Assembly (NCBI GenBank): GCA_023247445.1
Contig: JAHFGL010000009.1
Coordinates: 1-63,177, forward strand
DNA length: 63,177 nucleotides
Direction of reading: 5' to 3'
DNA from: Candidatus Omnitrophota bacterium
Lineage (GTDB): Bacteria; Omnitrophota; Gorgyraeia; Zapsychrales; Zapsychraceae
Shown here: piece after piece, positions 48,087 to 57,091 of the stretch
How the letters are laid out: each line of letters opens with the position of its first letter
How positions within the stretch are numbered: position 1 is the first letter of the stretch
The notes under the pieces: generated by a model
The model's database searches: none
Told to the model about the DNA's origin: nothing
Seen by the model: the letters and a program-made list of their open reading frames with translations, nothing else
Program-made: the position numbers and the translations under genes

Positions 48087-48380
48087 TTATTTGCTCTCTT
48101 TCAAATATTTATCAGCCAGTGCGGCAACATCCTCTGGCCTAACGCCTGAGTACCAGAGATTATCTGGATAAACCATAATATTGGTTCCAATATTACATTG
48201 ACCCAAACATTTGGCTTGCGCCACGCGAATAGTTGGATGCAAACCTTTTTCTTTGGCAATCCGACGAAGTTCTTTAAAGATGGCCTCGCCTTGGTGATCA
48301 CCGCAGCTTGGCTTCTCGCCCTTGTTGTCATTGGTGCAAACAAAAATTTGTTTTTGATAGGGTGTTGTTTGTTTAAGCAT
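48087..48380 (-). CDS. thioredoxin-like [2Fe-2S] ferredoxin
   Basis: FVCTN...CGD...CLGQC cysteine pattern, and a size typical of the 2Fe-2S thioredoxin-like ferredoxin family. Confidence 0.8.
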   Translation of the reverse strand: MLKQTTPYQKQIFVCTNDNKGEKPSCGDHQGEAIFKELRRIAKEKGLHPTIRVAQAKCLGQCNIGTNIMVYPDNLWYSGVRPEDVAALADKYLKESK

Positions 48381-48401
48381 AATAAAGTCCTTTCCAGTAA
48401 T

Positions 48402-48481
48402 GGCTGTCAGCTTTCAGCTGTCTGCTATCAGTAGTCTTCAGCTGTAGGCTACTGATGACTGAAAGCTGATAGCTGAAAGCC
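48402..48481. repeat. heptad-periodic (CAGCTNT) intergenic palindrome, copy A
   Basis: CAGCTTT CAGCTGT CTGCTAT CAGTAGT ... followed by the imperfect reverse complement (CTACTGATGACTGAAAGCTGATAGCTGAAAGC). It fills the spacer between two minus-strand genes. Confidence 0.75.
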
Positions 48482-48482
48482 T

Positions 48483-49532
48483 CTAATTATTCAACAAAAC
48501 CAACGTTTCTAAATGTTTCGTCCGTGGGAAAAAATCAAATGGAATAATTTTCTCAACTTTCCATCCCTTGCTAATAAAATCATTTAAATCCCGTCCCAAT
48601 GCCTCTGGATTGCAGGAAAGATAAAACAAGTGGTTAAATTCTTTTTTCCCTGTCAACAACGCTCGGGCCGTATCACTTAAACCGGCTCTGGGTGGATCAA
48701 TAAAGGCAACTTTAACAGAATGGTGATCTTCTTTAATAACATCTCCCAATTTATCTTCAACGCGACCTTCAACAAGTTGGAAATTTTTAAAGCCATGAAA
48801 CTGTGCATTATATCTGGCTAATTTTAGCGAAGCGCCACATTCCTCGATTAAAAAAACTTGATCCACTTTTTCGATGAGCCCAATGGCAAACAAACCAACG
48901 CCACCATAAAGATCATAAAATGAAACGTCACTACCCCAGCAATCAAATTGATAAAGACGTTCAAAGAGCTTTGGAAGAATGGATAGATTCGCCTGAAAAA
49001 AAGTATCGAGTGAATAGAAAATTTTCTTTCCAGCAATGGTTGTCCACAAATAATCTTCTTCCTTAAGCTGCAACGACCGCCGACCAATTCCTCCCCAAAG
49101 AACACGATGATCATCACCAGTGCGGATAACCAAATTTGCTTGGCGATATTTATCGGATAATTTTGCTTTGGCTTGTTCTTTAAGCGTCGGGAGAAAATCC
49201 GACACCTCTTTGATTGCAATCGGACACGAATCAACAGGGATTAAACGTCCCTTGGCGAAAGGTGAGAATCCCATAAATACTTCTTTTGTCCGCGTCTGAA
49301 CAAGTTTTAAATCGAGCCGATGACGATAATGATAATCCTTTGGCGAACTAACGATGGGCTCAAACAAATTATCGGCGAGTGAAACTTTTTTTTGTAAGAG
49401 CTCACGCAAATAATTATCCTTAAGAATCAATTCTTCTTCGTAGGGAAGATCTTGATAAGAGCATCCACCGCATTCACCGAAGACAGAACAAGGAGGTTTA
49501 TTCTTTTTAAATGACTTTTGGGTAAGAACCAT
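48483..49532 (-). CDS. RumA/RlmD-family RNA (uracil-5-)-methyltransferase lacking a TRAM domain
   Basis: 4Fe-4S cysteines CSVFGECGGCSYQ, SAM motif DLYGGVGLFA, DPPRAG, and the nucleophile context YLSCNP. Confidence 0.85.
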   Translation of the reverse strand: MVLTQKSFKKNKPPCSVFGECGGCSYQDLPYEEELILKDNYLRELLQKKVSLADNLFEPIVSSPKDYHYRHRLDLKLVQTRTKEVFMGFSPFAKGRLIPVDSCPIAIKEVSDFLPTLKEQAKAKLSDKYRQANLVIRTGDDHRVLWGGIGRRSLQLKEEDYLWTTIAGKKIFYSLDTFFQANLSILPKLFERLYQFDCWGSDVSFYDLYGGVGLFAIGLIEKVDQVFLIEECGASLKLARYNAQFHGFKNFQLVEGRVEDKLGDVIKEDHHSVKVAFIDPPRAGLSDTARALLTGKKEFNHLFYLSCNPEALGRDLNDFISKGWKVEKIIPFDFFPRTKHLETLVLLNN

Positions 49533-49535
49533 AAC

Positions 49536-50096
49536 CTATTGAATCTTAAACGATTTTATCATTTTATCAATTTGAGGAAGATACTTATCATACTGAGATG
49601 AAGTGGCTCCATAGGTAACCTGGTAGGCTTTCACATCCTTTACAACGGTCCAAATACTTTTAAATTTCATTTCAGAATCAGCTTCTTTGACAATAAAAGT
49701 AAAGTTATAAGCGGGATGGCCATCCAAATACGCTGGAGAAGAATCGACAACAACCAATTTTGATTTAAAAAGAACTTTCATTTGGGCAATAGAGAGCATC
49801 GTATATATATCTAGCTTCGTCGGATGCTGCGATAGATCCTGGACCACCACATTAAAATTTTCCTTAAAAGTATCCAACTTATTTTCAAGGGGTGACGTAA
49901 ACATAACCGCCGTGCCATTTTGATTCTCACTTAAGGCCCAACTAGTTGGATATTTTATGGAAAAACTATACGTTGTATTCTTGTAATTTAAAAATCGATG
50001 TTCTTTATTAACCATCCAAAGAACAACTGCAATTAAACAAACACTTACCCCAGCGATAATTCCAAAAATAATGGTCAACTGTTTACGTTGTTTCAT
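49536..50096 (-). CDS. membrane-anchored hypothetical protein (PsbP/DcrB-like fold suspected)
   Basis: N-terminal TM helix, then a ~150-aa beta-rich domain beginning YSFSIKYPTSW. Confidence 0.55.
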   Translation of the reverse strand: MKQRKQLTIIFGIIAGVSVCLIAVVLWMVNKEHRFLNYKNTTYSFSIKYPTSWALSENQNGTAVMFTSPLENKLDTFKENFNVVVQDLSQHPTKLDIYTMLSIAQMKVLFKSKLVVVDSSPAYLDGHPAYNFTFIVKEADSEMKFKSIWTVVKDVKAYQVTYGATSSQYDKYLPQIDKMIKSFKIQ

Positions 50097-50108
50097 CTAA
50101 GCACCTTT

Positions 50109-52238
50109 TTATCTTTGATAAAATTTATTTTTTTGATTTTTAAGATCAACCAGATAGCGGCAAGGCTTAAATCGTTCAGCCTTAAGTGTTGATTCTAATT
50201 TTTCCAATTTGACAACAATATTTTCTACGCCAAGATCATCGGCATACTTTAGCAAACCTTCACGAAAAGCTGGGAACCCAATCCCGAAAATCATTCCAAC
50301 ATCAATGGCAGAGGCATGATTAACAATACCATCTTCTAAACAACGGGCAGCCTCATTGACCATAATAAGAATTAAACGCTCTTCGCATTCTTCGCGATTA
50401 AAAGATCGTCCAGCCGTTTTCCCGAGTAACCCCTGGACTTCAGGATTAGGCACTCTCTTCTTTTGATGGATATAAAATCCTTTGCCAGATTTTTTTCCTA
50501 AAAATCCTTTTTTATAAATCGAATCAAAAATAACCGTCGGTTTAAACCGATCGCCAAAGGCCTGTTCCAAAATATGTAAAACTTTAATACCAACATCTAA
50601 TCCAACTTCATCTGAAAGCGTAAATGGTCCCATGGGCATCCCAAAATCTGTTGCTACTTTATCAACCGTTTGCATATCGGCGCCTTCTTCTAATATTCGT
50701 CCCGCCTCGTTGATATATCCCAGCAAAATACGATTAACCACAAAGCCACACGAATCCTTAACGACAATCGCGGTCTTTCCTAAACGTTTGACAAGATTAA
50801 GACTGGCAACGAGTGTCTCGGTTGATGTCATGGGCGTTGTAATAATTTCAACCAGTGGCATACGATGAACGGGATTAAAGAAATGAAATCCGATAACCTT
50901 CGATGGATCTTTTGTGGCCTTGGCCATCTCGGTTACTGAAAGGGCTGAGGTGTTTGTCGCTAAAATAGTTTTTTGGCCCACCACATCGCTCAACTCTTTA
51001 AAAACTTTTCGCTTAACATCCATGTTCTCAACAACAGCCTCGATCACCATATCCAAATTACCAAAACCACTGTAATCAAGCGTTCCCGAGATATGAGCCA
51101 TTTTTTCTTGAGCAACGGCTTTACTAAGAATTCTTTTATCAACCGCTTGCTTATAAATTTTAGCGGCGGCTTGATAACCTTTTCCAATGGCGTCATAACT
51201 AATATCTTTAAGACGGCACCAAATCCCTTTTGAACTAAGCAGCTGTGCAATCCCGCCACCCATAATGCCAGCACCGAGCACTCCGCATTTATCAATGGCA
51301 GACGGGGCAACATTATCAGCCCCTTCAACTTTTAACTTTTTATATTCTTCAGACAGATAAAACACATGAACAAGATTCTTCGATATCGCGGTGATGGCGA
51401 GCTCCCCAAAACCCCTGGCCTCAATCTCAAGGCCCTCTTCTCGATTGGTATAAAAGTTCTTTTGGACGACATCAATAGCCTTAAGCGGTGCCGGATAAAA
51501 TCCTTTGGTCGCGCTTATGACCGATTGACGAGATTTATAAAAAACAAGACGATTCCCCAATCGTGATTCATCAAGAAATTTCTCAAGCCCCTTTTTCTTT
51601 TTAGGAGAATATCTTTTCTTCTTAATATTCCCAGCCAAAATCTCGCTGACAAATTTATGAACATGTGTTGCCAGTCCATTTTGTGGGAAAAGCTGATCAA
51701 ACAATCCAATGCGAAGCGCCTTGTTACTATCAATTGGTTTCCCGGCCAAAATCATTTTAAGTCCCTCGGATAAACCAACGATGCGCGGCAAACGATATGT
51801 CCCACCAAATCCGGGAACAAATCCCAAATTTACTTCAGGTAAACCAATGCGAACTTTGTCATTAAAGGTCGACACACGATAAAGACAGGCGAGCGTTAGC
51901 TCACATCCGCCACCCAGTGCAACGCCGTCAACAACAGCAATCGTTGGAATTTTCAGATCTTCAATTTTATTTAGGACATCCTGGCCTGCCTTGGCTTTTG
52001 CCATTCCATCTTTAGGCTCGACAATTTTCTCAATCTCTTTAATATCCGCGCCGGCGATAAAAACATCTTTTTTCTTACTGATGAAAACAAGAGCATGCAC
52101 CAAAGTATTATTTTTAACATTATCTAAAGCCTTATCTAGTTCTTTAATGACATCGCTTGTTAAAAGATTAACCTTTGAATCATCCTGATCAAACTCAATA
52201 AATCCAATATTATTTTGTAGACGAAACATCAGTGGCAT
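50109..52238 (-). CDS. bifunctional enoyl-CoA hydratase / 3-hydroxyacyl-CoA dehydrogenase (FadB/FadJ-like)
   Basis: Crotonase motifs (FIAGADIKE, GGGCELTLAC) and an NAD-binding VLGAGIMGGGIAQ dehydrogenase half. Confidence 0.92.
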   Translation of the reverse strand: MPLMFRLQNNIGFIEFDQDDSKVNLLTSDVIKELDKALDNVKNNTLVHALVFISKKKDVFIAGADIKEIEKIVEPKDGMAKAKAGQDVLNKIEDLKIPTIAVVDGVALGGGCELTLACLYRVSTFNDKVRIGLPEVNLGFVPGFGGTYRLPRIVGLSEGLKMILAGKPIDSNKALRIGLFDQLFPQNGLATHVHKFVSEILAGNIKKKRYSPKKKKGLEKFLDESRLGNRLVFYKSRQSVISATKGFYPAPLKAIDVVQKNFYTNREEGLEIEARGFGELAITAISKNLVHVFYLSEEYKKLKVEGADNVAPSAIDKCGVLGAGIMGGGIAQLLSSKGIWCRLKDISYDAIGKGYQAAAKIYKQAVDKRILSKAVAQEKMAHISGTLDYSGFGNLDMVIEAVVENMDVKRKVFKELSDVVGQKTILATNTSALSVTEMAKATKDPSKVIGFHFFNPVHRMPLVEIITTPMTSTETLVASLNLVKRLGKTAIVVKDSCGFVVNRILLGYINEAGRILEEGADMQTVDKVATDFGMPMGPFTLSDEVGLDVGIKVLHILEQAFGDRFKPTVIFDSIYKKGFLGKKSGKGFYIHQKKRVPNPEVQGLLGKTAGRSFNREECEERLILIMVNEAARCLEDGIVNHASAIDVGMIFGIGFPAFREGLLKYADDLGVENIVVKLEKLESTLKAERFKPCRYLVDLKNQKNKFYQR

Positions 52239-52254
52239 ATGCTTTCCTTTTTTT

Positions 52255-52330
52255 CAGCTTCCTGCTATCAGCTATCAGTTATCAGCAGCTGACAGCTACT
52301 GACGACTGATAGCTGAAGGCTGATAGCTTT
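52255..52330. repeat. heptad-periodic (CAGCTNT) intergenic palindrome, copy B
   Basis: CAGCTTC CTGCTAT CAGCTAT CAGTTAT CAGCAGC, then the inverted arm CTACTGACGACTGATAGCTGAAGGCTGATAGC. Confidence 0.75.
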
Positions 52331-52337
52331 CTGGTTT

Positions 52338-53624
52338 TTATCTCTCAAGAATAACAGCCGCCCCTTGTCCTCCACCGACACATAAAGAGACAAGACCTAT
52401 ATTCAAATTATTTCGTTTCATATGTTTTAGCATCGTAAGAATTATCCGCGTGCCGGTTGTTCCAACCGGATGCCCCAGGGCAATGGAGCCCCCATTGACA
52501 TTCATCTTCGCGCGATCAATTGTTCCAGTGTATCCTTCATAGCCAAAATCTTTCGCAAATTTTTCCGACTCAAGGGCCTTTAAGCATGCCAACACTTGCG
52601 CAGCAAACGCCTCATTAATTTCAAAGGCCTGAATATCATTTAATCGCATCCCAGCTTTTTTAAGAACCTTTGGAATTGCATGCGCTGGACCGATGCCCAT
52701 CCGATTGGGTTCAACACCAGAAAACGCAGAAGCGCGCAAATATCCAAGTGGTTGAACATTTAATTCCTTGGCTTTACTTTCGCTCATCATAATTATTGCA
52801 GCGGCGCCGTCGGTAATTTGGCTGGCGTTGCCCGCGGTTACTGTTCCTGAATATCGATCAAAAACTGTTTTTAATTTGGCTAAAGCCTCCATCGTCTGAT
52901 TTTCTCGCGGGCCGTTATCGAACTCCGTTACTTTTTTATATTTTGGTCCTGGGATAATAGGAACAATCTCTTCTTGTAAAACACGTCGTCCAGCAATCGC
53001 ACGCTGATGACTGACCAAGGCAAGATGGTCTTGTTCTTCTCGAGTAATTCCAAATTCCTTCGCTAATACTTCCGCCGTTTGTCCCATGTTGAGTCCACAA
53101 ACAGGATCGGTTAATCCTAACTGAAGACCAATCTTTAAACTCTTTTGAAAATTAAGATACTCTGGGAAGAATTTACTCATCACAGCTAGACGTGCGCCAA
53201 GTCCCTTGGCCCGTTGCAGTGATCCCAATTGATTCTGCAGTGTCTTCGCTAAATAAAAAGGGATGTTGCTCATGGATTCTGTACCGCCAACCAAATAACA
53301 ACGTCCTTCGCCAACCTTAATTTTAATTTCTGCTTGCACGGCTGACTCAATCCCCGAGGCACAATTGCGATGTACCGTAAATGCTGGAATCGTTTGAGGA
53401 ATTCCCGCCAAAAGCGCAACGACCCGCGCAATATTCGCCGCATCCGCCGGCTGGCCAACGCAACCAAAAATAACTTCGTCGATATGTTTTGGATCTAATT
53501 GTGTTCGTTCGAGCAATTCACGCGTAACAATTCGGCCTAACTCTTGCGCGCCAAGATCATTAAAATCTGTTCCCATCTTACAAAACGGAGTTCTGACTCC
53601 ATCAATGATAGCTATTCGTTCCAT
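52338..53624 (-). CDS. acetyl-CoA C-acyltransferase (thiolase)
   Basis: NRNCASGIES acyl-cysteine motif and C-terminal CVGGGQGAAVILE. Confidence 0.93.
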   Translation of the reverse strand: MERIAIIDGVRTPFCKMGTDFNDLGAQELGRIVTRELLERTQLDPKHIDEVIFGCVGQPADAANIARVVALLAGIPQTIPAFTVHRNCASGIESAVQAEIKIKVGEGRCYLVGGTESMSNIPFYLAKTLQNQLGSLQRAKGLGARLAVMSKFFPEYLNFQKSLKIGLQLGLTDPVCGLNMGQTAEVLAKEFGITREEQDHLALVSHQRAIAGRRVLQEEIVPIIPGPKYKKVTEFDNGPRENQTMEALAKLKTVFDRYSGTVTAGNASQITDGAAAIIMMSESKAKELNVQPLGYLRASAFSGVEPNRMGIGPAHAIPKVLKKAGMRLNDIQAFEINEAFAAQVLACLKALESEKFAKDFGYEGYTGTIDRAKMNVNGGSIALGHPVGTTGTRIILTMLKHMKRNNLNIGLVSLCVGGGQGAAVILER

Positions 53625-53636
53625 GCCAACTCCTTT

Positions 53637-55121
53637 TTAGACTTTTGGTCTATTATCAACAATTCTTTTTTCTTTATTCGCTGTTTCGATCTCCAAGCGC
53701 TTTACAATCTCATCCATTGAAACAAACTGGATTGAATTTGGCGCAACCTCTGTTGCTTGCAACATCTTCTCTTTAATTTCCTCTTCAGCTTTTTTCTTAT
53801 CAGCATTAGGCTTAAGCGCCGCACAAACAATGAGCTCATCAATTTCAAAAGGATCATTATCTTTTTTTCTAAGCTCTACTTGCCATTCATCAACGGCGGC
53901 AACCTCCGACATGCAGGCTGAGAAATTATTTAAGTTAACCAACGATCCTTTAATTTTCGATAACTGTAAATCTTTTACATCAGAAAGACGCGTGATGTCA
54001 CTTGAAATCCGCGGTGTCCGACGTTTACAATGTGGACATGGCTCATAAGTGATTCCTCCTTTAACAAAATCGCCCGTGCGGTAACGAATCACAACGCTCG
54101 CTCGTGAATCAATAGAAGTGTAGACAAGCTCGCCGTCTTCTCCTTCTTTTTTTGCCTCGCCTGTTTTAGGATCAACCACTTCAAAAATTTCTTTATCTGA
54201 ATATAAATGATATCCACTTGAAACATCTAAAGCCGTCGGACATTCGGCCCAAGCACAACGTGATTCTGTAAATCCATATGTTCCAAAAATTGACACGCCG
54301 GTCGCACCGAGTCCTTCTAAAATTTCAGCTACTTTTAATTTAAAAGGAATAGATACTTTCGAAGCCCCCAACACAACCTTTTTAATAAATTCCATCTTAT
54401 ATCCTTTTTCCTTCGCAACCCGTAGTGTGTGATAGACAAAACTTGGCACGCCAAGAATGACACTCGGACGCATCTTCATAATCGCCGCAATATTTCCTTC
54501 CGTTCCCATGACTTTGCCTCCACCGGTACTTAGAATCAGCGCACATGAAGCAATCCCGCCATAAACAACTTGCCAAAAAGCTAAATGCGGGGCATAAGGA
54601 AATGTATTAACAATCTGTTCAGTAATTTTAATATCAAAAAGATTAAGCATCCTCGCACCAGAGGTGTGAAGATTTTGAATATCATACGTACTATATAAGA
54701 ATGGAATTGGCCTACTGGTTGTTCCCGTTGTAAAGGTCATAAAAACTGGACGAAATTCTTTGTTAAGTTGATCAAGAACATATTCGGATCCCTTAAACAC
54801 CGATGTTACCGCCAGAGGAACTTGTCGACTCACCGGCCAATACTGCTTAATCTTTTCTTTAGTTGGCTGCAGGACAAAATCTTTGAAGCGCTCCTTACTT
54901 TGTTCAGTATCGACAAAATCCAACTTAGAAGTAAAAGGAATGTGCTTTAAATCATGAGTGGTGCGAATATGTTTAGGATTAATCTTATTCTCGTCAAATA
55001 CACGTTTATAGTGCGGACTAAAAGGATACAGATAGGAATTGATGAACTGATGCAGTTTCTGATTTTGTAAATCAATTGTTTCTTGCTTGGAAAGACTTGA
55101 AATCTTACCCCAGGGGTTCAT
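53637..55121 (-). CDS. adenylate-forming enzyme, phenylacetate-CoA ligase / F390-synthetase-like
   Basis: TFTTGTTSRPIP, YGFTES and YRTGD motifs. CPHCKRR zinc-ribbon-like insert. Confidence 0.75.
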   Translation of the reverse strand: MNPWGKISSLSKQETIDLQNQKLHQFINSYLYPFSPHYKRVFDENKINPKHIRTTHDLKHIPFTSKLDFVDTEQSKERFKDFVLQPTKEKIKQYWPVSRQVPLAVTSVFKGSEYVLDQLNKEFRPVFMTFTTGTTSRPIPFLYSTYDIQNLHTSGARMLNLFDIKITEQIVNTFPYAPHLAFWQVVYGGIASCALILSTGGGKVMGTEGNIAAIMKMRPSVILGVPSFVYHTLRVAKEKGYKMEFIKKVVLGASKVSIPFKLKVAEILEGLGATGVSIFGTYGFTESRCAWAECPTALDVSSGYHLYSDKEIFEVVDPKTGEAKKEGEDGELVYTSIDSRASVVIRYRTGDFVKGGITYEPCPHCKRRTPRISSDITRLSDVKDLQLSKIKGSLVNLNNFSACMSEVAAVDEWQVELRKKDNDPFEIDELIVCAALKPNADKKKAEEEIKEKMLQATEVAPNSIQFVSMDEIVKRLEIETANKEKRIVDNRPKV

Positions 55122-55217
55122 AACGAACCTTTCTTGTTAAATCCGCAATCAGCAGATTTGCTCTATGACAAGTATACAATATCACGAGCTTCCTACAATC
55201 AATTTCCCAATAAATTA

Positions 55218-55430
55218 TTATTTGTTAGACGAAGAATTTTTGGATAGAAATTTTTTATATAATACGCAGGTAATGCAGAATCCTTGCGAAGCAGAGATTA
55301 GAAATAAAATTCCCAGGACAAAAGTGACCCATTTGCCCCAGCTGATAAAGGTGGAGCCAATCAAGACAAAACCAAAAACTGTACGCGTAAAGATTTCTTC
55401 TGGAGCCATATTTTTTATGCGACGAATCAT
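55218..55430 (-). CDS. DUF2892-like small membrane protein
   Basis: 70 aa with two TM helices and a Cys-containing tail (SQGFCITC). ATGA overlap with the pgl stop. Confidence 0.6.
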   Translation of the reverse strand: MIRRIKNMAPEEIFTRTVFGFVLIGSTFISWGKWVTFVLGILFLISASQGFCITCVLYKKFLSKNSSSNK

Positions 55431-56155
55431 TGCGCCTCCCTCATTTTTTGACCAGCGGACTGGTCTAATAAATAATATAAATGCCCGCCCGTGGGTTCAA
55501 CATAAGCGGCTGGCAAATCCGCCCGATTCATAATAATACGCCGAACGATTCCCGCCTTATTCGCTCCCGTTACCATAAATACAATATGACGGGCAGAATT
55601 GATAACAGGCAAGGTTAAACTAATACGCTCATTCGTTAGATGTTTAGCTGAAACACCGATGGCTAATTTCTTATTTTCAGTAACAGCTGGATCTCCTGGA
55701 AAAAGTGAAGCCGTATGGCCGTCTTCGCCAATACCAAGCAAAATTAAATCAAATTGTGGGAATTGATTATCTTTAAGATTGAAAAAATCTCTTAGCTGCT
55801 TTTCATATTCTTCTGCGGCTGCTGTAACATCGACTGCATCCGTTTTGACCGCATGGATGTTTGTTGACGGGATATAATTCAAAAGATATTCATCAATTGT
55901 ACGAAAATTACTTTCATATTTATGCGAGGCAACAAAACGTTCATCCACTTGAAAAAGATGTGTTTTAGACCAAATGTCCTTATCTTTTAAAAAGGTTAAT
56001 TTTTTATAAAAAGCCCCTGGTGTTTTTCCGCCGGAGAGCGCAACGGTAAATTGTCCAGAGGTTTTAATCGATTGATTGGCCAACGCAACCCATTTTTCAA
56101 AAAGATGTTCATTAAGTTTAGCGGTATCTTCAAAAATTAAAATTTCTGGATTCAT
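55427..56155 (-). CDS. pgl: 6-phosphogluconolactonase
   Basis: ALSGGKTP and GIGEDGHTASLFPG motifs. ATG at 56155; the longer track ORF starts at a TTG. Confidence 0.88.
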   Translation of the reverse strand: MNPEILIFEDTAKLNEHLFEKWVALANQSIKTSGQFTVALSGGKTPGAFYKKLTFLKDKDIWSKTHLFQVDERFVASHKYESNFRTIDEYLLNYIPSTNIHAVKTDAVDVTAAAEEYEKQLRDFFNLKDNQFPQFDLILLGIGEDGHTASLFPGDPAVTENKKLAIGVSAKHLTNERISLTLPVINSARHIVFMVTGANKAGIVRRIIMNRADLPAAYVEPTGGHLYYLLDQSAGQKMREAQ

Positions 56156-56156
56156 A

Positions 56157-57089
56157 TTAACTTTCTGAGCAAGAAGCCCCAAAGGCAAAGCAGCAGTAAC
56201 AGCGATGATGCTTAAGCATCACACGGATCTTCATCGCTTCGGTAAGGCTTGGGCCTAAATCATAGTCGGGGTCATCATCAACCAACGTGCATGCATAGAC
56301 ACGCATTTTTCCATCACGTTTAATAACCATCTTACTAAAGTTGCACATAAATTTATCGCGCGTTTCCTGCGTTTGATATTTTGTCATACAATTTTCAGTG
56401 ATATGCGGAACTTGCGGATTAGACCCCGGTGAAAGAAAATCAGGAAAACTAACAATGCGCGTGTCCAAAGAAAGTCCATATTTTTTAAGAAATGGTTGAT
56501 AAAGCGTATCCACAGCTTTAATATTTTCACCCTTCGCCCTCTGACGAGCAATCGAAACGGCAAAACCCATTTTATGAAGTTGGCCCAAAATTTCGAGCGT
56601 CAAATAAAAATTCCCCTGACCGCGGCCAGCGTCATGTTTTTTAGGATCCGGATAATCTAAGCTAACGCGAAGGTTTAGCGTATGTGGTTTATTTTTTAAT
56701 ACGGCCAAATCATCTAGTCGCATCTTTAACGGATTGGTGGCATTGGTCAACACCAAACATGGTCGTTGATTGAGTGCATAATCTAAAATCTTAATCATGT
56801 CCTTAATAACAAACGGCTCTCCCCCGGTAAAGGAAAATTTCTCAACTCCCAAATTTAAGGCTTCATCCATAAATGGTTTGGCGTCTTCCAAGGTAATTTT
56901 ATTTAAGCGATCATCGCCGGGCTTAGAACCTTCCAAACAAAATGGACAACTCAAATTGCAAATCGTTCCCGTATGAAACCAAAGTTCTTTAAGAAATTGT
57001 GGCTGGATGTATCCGCGAGGTTCTTGGTTGGGTGTGTTTAACCAATCAGGACGATTGATGTGATAGGAAATAGTGTCTGGGGTAGACAT
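56157..57089 (-). CDS. radical SAM protein with Cys-rich C-terminal tail (ArsS/DUF3641-like suspected)
   Basis: CNLSCPFC (CX3CX2C), FTGGEPF, and the C-terminal RCYCCFAFGASCSES. Confidence 0.85.
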   Translation of the reverse strand: MSTPDTISYHINRPDWLNTPNQEPRGYIQPQFLKELWFHTGTICNLSCPFCLEGSKPGDDRLNKITLEDAKPFMDEALNLGVEKFSFTGGEPFVIKDMIKILDYALNQRPCLVLTNATNPLKMRLDDLAVLKNKPHTLNLRVSLDYPDPKKHDAGRGQGNFYLTLEILGQLHKMGFAVSIARQRAKGENIKAVDTLYQPFLKKYGLSLDTRIVSFPDFLSPGSNPQVPHITENCMTKYQTQETRDKFMCNFSKMVIKRDGKMRVYACTLVDDDPDYDLGPSLTEAMKIRVMLKHHRCYCCFAFGASCSES

Positions 57090-57091
57090 TC

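Noticed and set aside
48848-49234. 128-aa same-strand alternative-frame ORF inside the RNA methyltransferase gene
   Set aside because: The overlapping frame carries the full RumA-type motifs, and this frame has none.
56157-56200. Selenocysteine recoding at the C-terminus of the radical SAM protein
   Set aside because: The ORF ends at TAA directly after ...GASCSES, and there is no in-frame TGA.
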